Under the pieces are notes generated by a model that saw only the letters and a program-made list of their open reading frames with translations, searched no databases and was not told the DNA's origin. From positions 4,340,001 through 4,404,000 of the forward strand of contig NC_091475.1 of the NCBI RefSeq assembly GCF_036971445.1: a stretch of 64,000 bases of DNA, written 5' to 3'. The position numbers and the translations under genes are program-made. Shown piece after piece: positions 26,049 through 37,770 of the stretch; positions within the stretch are counted from its first letter, which is position 1; every line of letters starts with the position of its first letter. The DNA is from Narcine bancroftii (taxonomy: Eukaryota).

Positions 26049-27385
26049 CTGCAGATGAAAGGTAAACTGAGAATCAGTATAACAGAAGTAAATACTGATA
26101 AACAAACATATTTTCAATGGCAACATTCTTGGAACAACACCATGTAATAGTGCACTTTTATACATTTGATTAAAAGCTGATTCCATTTTCAGTCATGGAG
26201 CAAACTTTGGAGAGAAATAAATCTGAGCCTCAGTATGCATTTGCGAGTAGATATCTGGAATGAGATTGTGAATAAAGTGAAGATCCTGTCCCCTTCTCAG
26301 ATCGGTCTGCCAGAAAATCTCAGAAGGATTATGGGCAGGGAAAAGACTGAACAGTAAATAGTTTCTGTAGACATTGGATAAAATGGTCCTAAACAGTCCC
26401 AGTCAGAGAGGGAAACTAATGAACCAACACCATAGAGTTAGTGTAAGGAAATAACTAACACAATATCCCAAATAGATTACAAAACATAGACCTTAAAAAA
26501 AAAAGTTTTTGTGAAATGCAGTAATTGGTTGGATTATGCAGAAAAATGCTTCAAATCCCATGGTTTCCTTTACTGAAGTCGAGATGAAACCCTAAGGATG
26601 AGTACGTAGATTCAACAATTTTACACAACTAAATAAAATCGGGTTGAATAATGCCTGGCATGCAAGGAAGTCTGCAGATGCTGGGGCCTCGTGCAATTCA
26701 CTAAAGTGCTGTAGGAAGAACTCAGCATATCCAATAGGCAGCCAATGTGTCGGGCCTGAGCTCTTCTTCACGTGTCTTCTCCAATGATAGTAATGGAGTC
26801 GGACTCGAATTTTTAAAAAAATTTGTTTTACGTGACTTAGGTTTAAATTTCAACACATTGAAATGAAACGTGTTTATTGCTAAACGAGAGAGCGCAGCTT
26901 GCTGGTTGCATCAAAACATGGCACAAGGGAACTGCTCTGCTTAAGATCAGAAGTTGCTCCAGAAGGTTAGTCAATACACCTCAGAACATTAAACAATTAT
27001 CCCCAAGGTCTCCAGATTCATCTCCCACTATCTCGGAAAGGCAGCAAACACACTGAAGGATCTAGCCCGGACACACACTCTTCTTCCTCCTCCCATCAGA
27101 GAGAAGGCCTCAGAGTGTGAAAGCGCACACCAATAGGATTTAAAGACAATTTCTTCCCTGCAGCCATCAGGCTCCTGAATGAACTCCATATCAATGCTCT
27201 CATGCTGCCTTTGCTTGGTGCTAACTCTTCATTGCATTCCTATGCTCTGAGCTTATGCTTTTTACATGGCTGTACGAAATGTTAACCTGTTCACTGTCTG
27301 CAGAATAATCCTTCTCACTTTACTTAGTATTTTGTGGCAAATCAAACTTCAACCTATTAAACCAATACTTAATTAGTCCTTTCAC

Positions 27386-27593
27386 CTGTGTGCATTTTCC
27401 ATGGCTGCCACCTCTGCCAAGGCAGCTAAACTGAAGAATGCTGGGATAGCAGATGTATTTTGCACTTCTGGTGAAATACTGCAGACCTGGTCAGTTTCTG
27501 ACTTACTGTCGTTGACTCCACTAATCGAAGCATCAGTCTTTACTGGCGGTTTTTTCTTCTCCTGTTTACATGACAGCTTCCCCTTTGTTAGCT
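27386..27593 (-). CDS. BBX: BBX penultimate coding exon
   Basis: (E)LTKGKL...IPAFFSLAALAEVAAMENAH(R); acceptor ttctgcag, donor AG|gtgaaa; 208 nt, phase 1 to 2. Confidence 0.93.
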
Positions 27594-28019
27594 CTGCAGA
27601 AATTGAACAGCACTTTTGAGACACAGAATATTGAAAAGAAAAGGTACATTAATGATGCAGTATATTAAAAAATGAATTAGTTTAATTGCTATTTCACTAC
27701 ACATATCCACACTGGCTTGAGTGTCTACCAACAGTACTGTGGAATCAACCAGTGATCCTAATCACAATTGAAGCATGCACAGAGACGAGATGGTGAGGTT
27801 TCCTGTGGATACATGCTTACCTCTCATTATTGCTTATATATGAGAGATCAGAGACTCAGCATGAGATGAACCATCTTATATTTTAAAAATAGAATGGAAC
27901 AGTCTAGGTAGAATTAAGGTTAAATTACACTTCTATCCATTCAACCTGGCTGTGCACAAAGGTGAGATCCATCTGGGAGGACCTAGGGGGCATTCTGAAA
28001 AAAAATGACAAAGGTGGAT

Positions 28020-28628
28020 TTTCCACACGATCTATAACCGTACCTTCTGGGGAACATTACGGACGTGTGTTTTAAACAGACCAAGTACCAGGTTCAGTTT
28101 ATGAAGGACATCTTGGCAGTAGCCAGGAAATGTATAGTGGTCACGTGAAAGTCCGACTCCAAACTAAATATTACACTGTGGAATATGGAAACACAGAGGT
28201 GCATTCCTGTGGAGAAAACCACATACAATTTAAGGAGGAAATATATTGGAATAAGGGTACTGAAACAGACTATCCCAGAAGGAAAACAATTGGGATCAAT
28301 GAAGTGGGATGTGGTGCAGATGATGGGCTCTGTTTTTTTTAATATATTCCTTTCCTTTTATTACTTAATCACCTTGGTTGTTTTCTTCTTGGGGCTTTTT
28401 CCTGGGTTTCTGTGGGGGGGGGGGGGGGTCAGTGACCCCACCAGTATTTGTGTTTTTTGTACCTGTATAATTTATATGACTTTATTCTCAGTTGTATTGG
28501 GGCAAGGGGGGTGGGGAGTGGAGGAAATAAAAATGGACTCTGTATGTCATAGTGATGTGGAAAGAGATTGTATTGTTTGTTTGAATTTATAAGAGTCTGA
28601 TAAATCAAAAATAAAATATTCAAAAAAA
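28020..28628 (+). mobile_element. L1 3'-end fragment
   Basis: Degenerate ORF2 tail, T-rich then G-rich 3' UTR, AATAAA and A-tail at ~28610-28628. Confidence 0.6.
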
Positions 28629-29174
28629 TTTACACTTCTATTTTCTTCTGCTACTTCCATGGATTTTCAGGTTTGGAGTTCAATTGTATTCTAGACAACT
28701 TTGTATTGGCCCCTTTGGGAAGATCTTCAGTGCATATTAAAGTTTTAATAGGTTCTATTTAAATGATTTGAAAAGTGTCGGTCATTGCTTGGGATTTTTA
28801 AAAATATATTTTATACTTACCAGATGATAGCAAATCTTTGCATGTGGAAGTATCCACATGAAAGCTCTCTTTTGCCCATGAAGGCTAAACACAAGGTTTA
28901 GAGTTGTGGTGGTTAAAGAATTGAGTTGCGGATAAAGCACCAACACTTTACAATACCCTTCAGGGAACGTGCCAACAATTTTCAGTTGTCCCACATACAA
29001 CCCTGGACACACTAGGCAAATAGCATAATTCCCTATCATGGGAGCAGTAGCCCTTTCAATCACAATATTTCAATTCACACTCAAAAGTCCACAGAAAAGT
29101 CCAAGTGAAAAGCTTGTACTCAAAGATGAACTCAGTTTGCCACTGACTGTAAATGCTGGCCATTATGCACTCAC

Positions 29175-29360
29175 CCCCTGCTGGCGACAACCTTCCATCA
29201 GCTGTTCGGATGAGGTGCGTTATTTTTGTTTTTCTGGCCTTGCGCTTTTGGCTGCCAACAAGGGGTTCTTGTGTCATTGTAAGTAGACTGCTTGGAATTG
29301 ACAGTGCATGGTCCATCTTCTCTGCATGTTCCTCAGAGTTCATATCTTGCGGGACTATGG
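29175..29360 (-). CDS. BBX: BBX coding exon
   Basis: (A)IVPQDM...TQEPLVGSQKRKARKTKITHLIRTADGRLSPAG; acceptor ccactccag, donor G|gtgagt; 186 nt, phase 1 to 1. Confidence 0.94.
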
Positions 29361-29788
29361 CTGGAGTGGAAGAAACAACTGTGTTAAATAACACACAACA
29401 CAACTTTCTTATGAAGTGGAATCATGGGCTGTTTTGTTAGTTTGTTCAGAAGTACCGTACATGTATATTTAGCTACATTCTAATGCCAAGTTATAACTAA
29501 AAGATTAGATCTCCCTTATTGTTTGGGAGGGACATTGAACAAATGGCCCACATAGTCAGTAGGTAAAACTTGCTGCCTTGAACTGAAGGTTTAACTACAT
29601 GCTGTAACGTACATCAAAGTGCTTGCCCTTATTTCAAATTAAACACGTTTACAATAGAATCTAAACATTTGCACCAATCCATTCTGCAACAAATTGCAGA
29701 TTTTTAAAAAATAGTCGTTTTTAATCTCAAGTCTCTGACATTGGAGAATGTTTCAAATCGAGTTCAAAAATCATCTACTTTGTTAATC

Positions 29789-32700
29789 TTATTTACCTCG
29801 GCATGGTTTTACCCTAGTTAGTCACCCCAGTGTGGTTTTACCCCAGTTAGTCACCTCGGCGTGGTTTTACCCCAGTTAGTCACCTCGACGTGGTTTTACC
29901 CTAGTTATTTACCTCGGCATGGTTTTACCTTAGTTAGTCACCTCGGCATGGTGTTACCCTAGTTATTTACCTCGGCGTGGTTTTACCCTAGTTAGTCAAC
30001 TCGGCGTGGTTTTACTCTAGTTAGTCACCTCGGCGTGGTTTTACCCCAGTTAGTCACCTCGGCGTGGTTTTACCCCAGTTAGTCACCTCGGCGTGGTTTT
30101 ACCCCAGTTAGTCACCTCGGCGTGGTTTTACCCCAGTTAGTCACCTCGGCGTGGTTTTACCCCAGTTAGTCACCTTGGCGTGGTTTTACCCTAGTTAGTC
30201 ACCTCGGTATTGTTTTACCCTTGTTAGGCACCTCGGCGTGGTGTTACCCTAGTTATTTACCTCGGCGTGGTTTTACCCTAGTTAGTCACCTCGGTGTGGT
30301 TTTACTCTAGTTAGTCACCTCGGTGTAGTTTTACCCTAGTTAGTCACCTCGGCGTGGTTTTACCCTAGTTAGTCACCTCGGCGTGGCTTGACCCTAGTTA
30401 GTCACCTCGGCGTGGCTTTACCCTAGTTAGTCACCTCGGCGTGGCTTTACCCTAGTTAGTCACCTCGGCGTGGCTTTACCCTAGTTAGTCACCTTGGTGT
30501 GGTTTTACCCTAGTTAGTCACCTCTACGTGGTTTTACCCTAGTTAGTCACCTCTGCGTGGTTTTACCTTAGTTAGTCACCTCGGCGTGGCTTTACCCTAG
30601 TTAGTCACCTTGGTGTGGTTTTACCCTAGTTAGTCACCTCTGCGCGGTTTTACCCTAGTTAGTCACCTCTGCGTGGTTTTACCCTAGTTAGTCACCTCTG
30701 CGCGGTGTTACCCTAGTTAGTCACCTCGGTGTGGTTTTACCCTAGTTAGTCACCTCTGCGCGGTGTTACCCTAGTTAGTCACCTCGGTGTGGTTTTACCC
30801 TAGTTAGTCACCTCTGCGCGGTGTTACCCTAGTTAGTCACCTCTGCGCGGTGTTACCCTAGTTAGTCACCTCGGCGCGGTGTTACCCTAGTTAGTCACCT
30901 CGGCGCGGTTTTACCCTAGTTAGTCACCTCGGCGCGGTTTTACCCTAGTTAGTCACCTCGGCGCGGTGTTACCCTAGTTAGTCACCTCTGCGTGGTTTTA
31001 CCCTAGTTAGTCACCTCGGTGTGGTTTTACCCTAGTTAGTCACCTCGGTGTGGTTTTACCCTAGTTAGTCACCTCTGCGCGGTTTTACCCTAGTTAGTCA
31101 CCTCGGTGTGGTTTTACCCTAGTTAGTCACCTCTGCGCGGTTTTACCCTAGTTAGTCACCTCTGCGCGGTGTTACCCTAGTTAGTCACCTCGGTGTGGTT
31201 TTACCCTAGTTAGTCACCTCTGCGCGGTGTTACCCTAGTTAGTCACCTCGGTGTGGTTTTACCCTAGTTAGTCACCTCTGCGCGGTGTTACCCTAGTTAG
31301 TCACCTCGGCGCGGTGTTACCCTAGTTAGTCACCTCTGCGCGGTGTTACCCTAGTTAGTCACCTCGGCGCGGTGTTACCCTAGTTAGTCACCTCGGCGCG
31401 GTTTTACCCTAGTTAGTCACCTCGGCGCGGTTTTACCCTAGTTAGTCACCTCGGCGCGGTGTTACCCTAGTTAGTCACCTCTGCGTGGTTTTACCCTAGT
31501 TAGTCACCTCGGTGTGGTTTTACCCTAGTTAGTCACCTCGGTGTGGTTTTACCCTAGTTAGTCACCTCTGCGCGGTTTTACCCTAGTTAGTCACCTCGGT
31601 GTGGTTTTACCCTAGTTAGTCACCTCTGCGCGGTTTTACCCTAGTTAGTCACCTCTGCGCGGTGTTACCCTAGTTAGTCACCTCGGTGTGGTTTTACCCT
31701 AGTTAGTCACCTCTGCGCGGTGTTACCCTAGTTAGTCACCTCGGTGTGGTTTTACCCTAGTTAGTCACCTCTGCGCGGTGTTACCCTAGTTAGTCACCTC
31801 GGCGCGGTGTTACCCTAGTTAGTCACCTCGGCGCGGTGTTACCCTAGTTAGTCACCTCTGCGTGGTTTTACCCTAGTTAGTCACCTCTGCGTGGTTTTAC
31901 CCTAGTTAGTCACCTCTGCGTGGTTTTACCCTAGTTGGTCACCTCTGCGTGGTTTTACCCTAGTTAGTCACCTCTGCGTGGTTTTACCCTAGTTAGTCAC
32001 CTTGGTGTGGTTTTACCCTAGTTAGTCACCTCTGCGCGGTGTTACCCTAGTTAGTCACCTCTGCGCGGTGTTACCCTAGTTAGTCACCTCGGTGTGGTTT
32101 TACCCTAGTTAGTCACCTCTGCGCGGTTTTACCCTAGTTAGTCACCTCTGCGCGGTTTTACCCTAGTTAGTCACCTCTGCGTGGTTTTACCCTAGTTAGT
32201 CACCTCTGCGCGGTGTTACCCTAGTTAGTCACCTCGGTGTGGTTTTACCCTAGTTAGTCACCTCTGCGCGGTGTTACCCTAGTTAGTCACCTCGGTGTGG
32301 TTTTACCCTAGTTAGTCACCTCTGCGCGGTGTTACCCTAGTTAGTCACCTCTGCGCGGTGTTACCCTAGTTAGTCACCTCTGCGCGGTGTTACCCTAGTT
32401 AGTCACCTCTGCGCGGTGTTACCCTAGTTAGTCACCTCGGCGCGGTGTTACCCTAGTTAGTCACCTCGGCGTGGTTTTACCCTAGTTAGTCACCTCGGCG
32501 CGGTTTTACCCTAGTTAGTCACCTCGGCGCGGTGTTACCCTAGTTAGTCACCTCTGCGTGGTTTTACCCTAGTTAGTCACCTCGGTGTGGTTTTACCCTA
32601 GTTAGTCACCTCTGCGCGGTGTTACCCTAGTTAGTCACCTCGGTGTGGTTTTACCCTAGTTAGTCACCTCTGCGCGGTTTTACCCTAGTTAGTCACCTCG

Positions 32701-33944
32701 GCGTGGTTTTACCCTAGTTAGTCACCTCGGTGTGGTTTTACCCTAGTTAGTCACCTCTGCGCGGTTTTACCCTAGTTAGTCACCTCTGCGCGGTGTTACC
32801 CTAGTTAGTCAGCTCGGTGTGTTTTTACCCTAGTTAGTCACCTCTGCGCGGTGTTACCCTAGTTAGTCACCTCGGTGTGGTTTTACCCTAGTTAGTCACC
32901 TCTGCGCGGTGTTACCCTAGTTAGTCACCTCGGCGCGGTGTTACCCTAGTTAGTCACCTCGGCGCGGTGTTACCCTAGTTAGTCACCTCTGCGTGGTTTT
33001 ACCCTAATTAGCCACCTCGGTGCGGTTTTACCCTAGTTAGTCCCCTCGGCGCGGTGTTACCCTAGTTAGTCACCTCTGCGTGGTTTTACCCTAGTTAGTC
33101 ACCTCGGTGTGGTTTTACCCTAGTTAGTCACCTCTGCGCGGTGTTACCCTAGTTAGTCACCTCGGTGTGGTTTTACCCTAGTTAGTCACCTCTGCGCGGT
33201 GTTACCATAGTTAGTCACCTCGGCGCGGTGTTACCCTAGTTAGTCACCTCGGCGTGGTTTTACCCTAGTTAGTCACCACGGCGCGGTTTTACCCTAGTTA
33301 GTCACCTCGACGCAGTGTTACCCAAGTTAGTCACCTCGGCGCGGTTTTACCCTAGTTAGTCACCTCGGTGTAGTTTTATCCTAGTTAGTCTCCTCTGCGC
33401 GGTGTTACCCTAGTTAGTCACCTCGGCGCGGTGTTACCCTAGTTAGTCACCTCTGCGTGGTTTTACCCTTGTTAGTCACCTCGGCGCGGTTTTACCCTAG
33501 TTATTTACCTCGGCGCGGTGTTACCCTAGTTAGTCACCTCGGCGCGGTTTTACCCTAGTTATTTACCTCGGCATGGTTTTACCCTAGTTAGTCACCTCGG
33601 CATGGTTTTACCCTAGTTAGTCACCTCGGCATGGTTTTACCCTAGTTAGTCACCTCGGCGCGGTTTTACCCTAGTTAGTCACCTCGGCGCGGTGTTACCC
33701 TAGTTAGTCACCTCGGCGCGGTGTTACCCTAGTTAGTCACCTCGGCGCGGTGTTACCCTAGTTAGTCACCTCGGCGCGGTGTTACCCTAGTTAGTCACCT
33801 CGGCGCGGTGTTACCCTAGTTAGTCACCTCGGCGCGGTGTTACCCTAGTTAGTCACCTCGGCGCGGTGTTACCCTAGTTAGTCACCTCGGCGCGGTGTTA
33901 CCCTAGTTAGTCACCTCGGCGCGGTGTTACCCTAGTTATTTACC
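29789..33944. repeat. Intronic minisatellite, 143 x 29 bp
   Basis: Unit TTAGTCACCTC(G/T)G(C/T)G(C/T)GGT(T/G)TTACCCTAG; 29789 to 33936 = 4147 bp = 143 x 29; bounded by TTATTTACC at both ends. Confidence 0.98.
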
Positions 33945-36662
33945 AATACCAGCAACACAAAGCAAGGCATCTTTTAAGAACTCATAACAAATGCTTTGAA
34001 ATAATTTTACGGCGGTAATCCATTTGAATGGATGTTCCACTTGAAAGAAATCATAACCTGTCTCATAACTACATTAATTTACCACCATTGTAATAAGTAG
34101 AGATTTACAAACATGATTTCTCATGGTTTTAATGATCATCCAACAAATTACAATGTCACAATATAATACAACCTATCTCAAGTGGGCACTTAGATCATTC
34201 TGTATGTTTTGGCTTATGTAAAATCCACTGCGACTTTTTGTGCACATTTCTACTTATGCTTTCTTCTGTGAATATTTATACTTACAGCTCTTCTGTTGAA
34301 CCTGGACAGTGCAATAATTCTGAAGCACTGCAGCCACCCTATCCCTCATCTTGATACCCAGGAGACAAATTTCTCGTACAGCAACATTAACCTTTATTAG
34401 TACCTTTATCAGTTAAATGATGTGTGTCCTTTTGGTGCTTAAACTTGCTGACTATTTTCTGAGATGGAGATGATCCTAAAAAATATAAATAAAAATGTAA
34501 AAAAAGATAATGCTGGCTTTAACCAAACTGATGCCTGATACATGGTAAATTCATAATCTATTCCAATGTATGGAAAATGAGAAGATAGGTATTCTTTCTA
34601 TTAGCCTTGGTCACTTGCAATACAAGGATAGTACGTCAGCTTACAATCGTAGTAGGATTAAAAAAGTAGACTGTGTCATTGGGTGTGGCCAGGTATGCAA
34701 GATCAGATTTATTGTTAACTGATAATATTACATAAAACTGAGCAATGTCTGCACGAACATCATTGATAAAAACTGGTCTTTGGCCAGGTGTAAAATCTGC
34801 ACGTTTAAGCGCAGTCCTGCTTTGTAATCTTCTCCCAACCACACTCCCATTTACCGCCACAGGCGACCTAGTCTATCCCTGAAGACCTTAACTCTGTCTA
34901 CTCCCATAATATCATACCAGGCAACACATTTTCAAATATGAAATGTAAAAGATTCATTCAGAAAAATTTGTAGGAGGGATTCTGACTGAATTTTTTTTAA
35001 GCGTGCTGATCTAATGCCCATCTAGTGGACCTATTTGAGCTTATTAGAAGTTCTAGGCTTACACATTCAATGGTCCAGCCATCTCATGACACAAGAACAC
35101 AGGTAACAGAAGTAGGAGAGGGCAAAACAGTCCCCCAAGTCTGCTTCATTGTAAAAATGTGACTGACTATATGCCGCATCCATTTTTCCACAATCACATT
35201 CGGAATCTCCAAAAACCCATCAATCTGAGCCTTAATCACACTCAGTGATTGAGCAACTACAGCCGTGTGAGGTGAAGCATTTCAAAGGGTCTGCATAAAG
35301 AAAAGCTTCGTCATTTCATTCCTACCCTGACCCTGCTCTAAAGGCAGTATCTCTGGTTCGTGGCTCTCCAGTTCAATCTCACTCAGCAGCAATACTTGCC
35401 AATCCTTCTCAGATACATTATATAAATCAATGAAGTTACCTAAATGCCAATGCAGTCCCTTCTCCTGAGGGGACGGTACAAAATATACAGCTTCCACACC
35501 GAATGCGAACAGTTCTGAATAGCCTTGTGAGTTACAGAATACCTGTATTCACGACTCCACTCTTTTCTAGAGTGGCAATTCTGTTCTTGAATCTGGCTAT
35601 TGATTGAGGAATCCTTGTGGAACACGGAGCATTCCCACCAAAATATGACAGCCTCGCTTCTGGAAGTGGCATTTCCCCCAAGAACTTAATCATTACCCTT
35701 GTCTACAATTTCTATTTTCTTGAATGTGAACATTCTGAATTAATGTGCAGCTTTTATCACAACATATTTATATATTTTTTTCCACAGGTATCTGTCACAG
35801 CCCTACTCAAAGTCCTCTGTGAAAGTTCTATCAATTCCTATGTAGCTGTTCACTAGCTAATCACGCCACCCACTAATAGCTCTCATCTCTTAGACAGCTC
35901 AGTTGGACTGCTATGTTTTGCTTTGACTCTTAGCTATTGTCGATATCCTAATGCTGCCAAACTCATCCTAATGTTTGTGGATATACCTCTCCAGACCACT
36001 AACCTTTTCTGGCCCCATCACCAGTCAAAGCTCAGATCTGCTAACTCCTTGCACGTTGTGAATTCTTTCATCTTTTTGTTCCACTATTGGTAGGCAACTA
36101 TGCAGAAGCTGTGCTTTGGCAATCCCTGCCTAAATCCATCCACTTCCCTTTTTCTCATTGCAACATCCAAATCTTTCTTCAATTAGCTAGGCTAGTTATA
36201 CTTGATAAAAGGCCAGGATTCTTTTTAGAAACAATTGTTACATAAATACTTTGCATCCTTTTTTCTCCTTTCGGCATTAGTATGAATTACTGAATGAGCA
36301 CGAGTTAAAGCAATACAAAATCAAATGACTGTAGATGTTGCAAATCAAAAAAATATTTCAAGTAAATAATTAGCAAGTCAGAAAGCATTTGTGGAGTGGG
36401 AAATAATGTTTCAGTTTGGTAACCATCTATGAAAGGTCTTCACCTGAGAAGTGTTAACCACGTTGCTTTCCTCTAAGGTACTACCCAACCTGCTAAATGT
36501 TTCCCAAAGTTTCCTGCAACATATACAAGTAGCTTGACGTGGCAATCACTGTTTTTGCAATACAATGGGATTGAACAGTAAACCAATGGCGAATGTATGC
36601 ATTTCTGCTGTGTACATCAAGATTAAAATATCTATTGAATACTTCATAACCTCTCGTCCCAC

Positions 36663-36811
36663 CTTTATCACATTTCTGCTGCTCGATGGATCCACTCTTA
36701 TTCTTCTTTTTTTTCCTTGTCACTGTTGTGTTCTTGCGGTCAAAAGTAACTGGACTATATTGTGGAAGGCTGTTGAATTTCTTTTCAAATTCCTGCTCTA
36801 GATTCCCTAAG
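36663..36811 (-). CDS. BBX: BBX coding exon
   Basis: LGNLEQEFEKKFNSLPQYSPVTFDRKNTTVTRKKKKNKSGSIEQQKCDK; acceptor ccttccag, donor G|gtggga; 149 nt, phase 2 to 1. Confidence 0.93.
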
Positions 36812-37631
36812 CTGGAAGGAAATCAAGAGAATTCTCAAACCCTCGTCATTTCTACAATCCCGGTCAAGTCATCAAACTTCAGAAGTTTCTCCTTTAATTC
36901 TAAATGAAAGTGTTCCAGGTAACAATAAAGTTCTGTTGGGCTTTTATTCAATTTATGGACCATTTATCATATGTAACGCATAATACGCAATGCACTTATA
37001 GAGTAACGCATCCCCTCAACACAGTTTTGCTGGTGCGCCATACTAAACAGCTGAGAACAAATCCAATGGACTAAAAGGAATGCTTTCACCAGGACGCTTT
37101 GCAAAATTGCTCATTATAATTATAATTTGCAGGGTGGTGGGTTATTAAAACTATAAATGACCATTGTAATATATTAAAGAAGTTACTGGCAACAGTTAAA
37201 CACGGCAATAAATTTTAAATTTATTGGGGCAATAAAGGTGTTGCACTAACCCCTAGGCCAAACGTGCCACCTTCTTTTAAACATAAAAGATCTGCAATAT
37301 TTCTAACCCTACACCATACTTTGCACTTTAACATATTACGAATGAAGGGGGTTCTGACAAAACGTACAGTACTGTTTTCTAAAAGCCAACTTTCAAACCT
37401 GCAGATAAATCACACAATAACAAAAATACATTTCAGCCAGCACCTTATAAACAGAGAAATTGATGTTGCCACTTTCTCATTTCTTTCAAGACTCACCAGA
37501 AATCAAATACAACCCATGTTCAGTTTCAGTTCACAAATCCATTTGCTGCATATGAGTGAATGATCGGCAGATTGCCAGATCAAGTCCTCAAGAGTTGTGG
37601 AGAGGAAAACTGAGAAAACAATATTTCTTAC

Positions 37632-37770
37632 CCAAGAGCTGATTCATCTTTCTGTTTCAATTTCTTGAACTTTTTGGTTCCACTACTCCCAACAGTTGAA
37701 AAGGACCAATCTTCCTCCTTCCAGCATCCTTCATGATCAGAAGATCCTCCTTTCCCTGAAGCTTTCTTGC
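37632..37770 (-). CDS. BBX: BBX coding exon
   Basis: (G)KKASGKGGSSDHEGCWKEEDWSFSTVGSSGTKKFKKLKQKDESALG; acceptor ctttcag, donor GG|gtaaga; 139 nt, phase 1 to 2. Confidence 0.94.

Noticed and set aside
27382-27385. Alternative BBX stop (ENAHR*)
   Set aside because: The TGA overlaps the GT donor (AG|GTGA), and the conserved last exon at 26048 continues the frame; it would matter only on intron retention, for which there is no evidence.
29789-33944. CRISPR array
   Set aside because: Head-to-tail 29-mers with only a few recurring variants, no unique spacers, no cas genes, and located in a vertebrate intron.
29789-33944. Interstitial telomeric repeat or coding repeat
   Set aside because: Contains CTAGGG once per 29 bp, not tandem TTAGGG; stop codons recur and no long ORF spans it.
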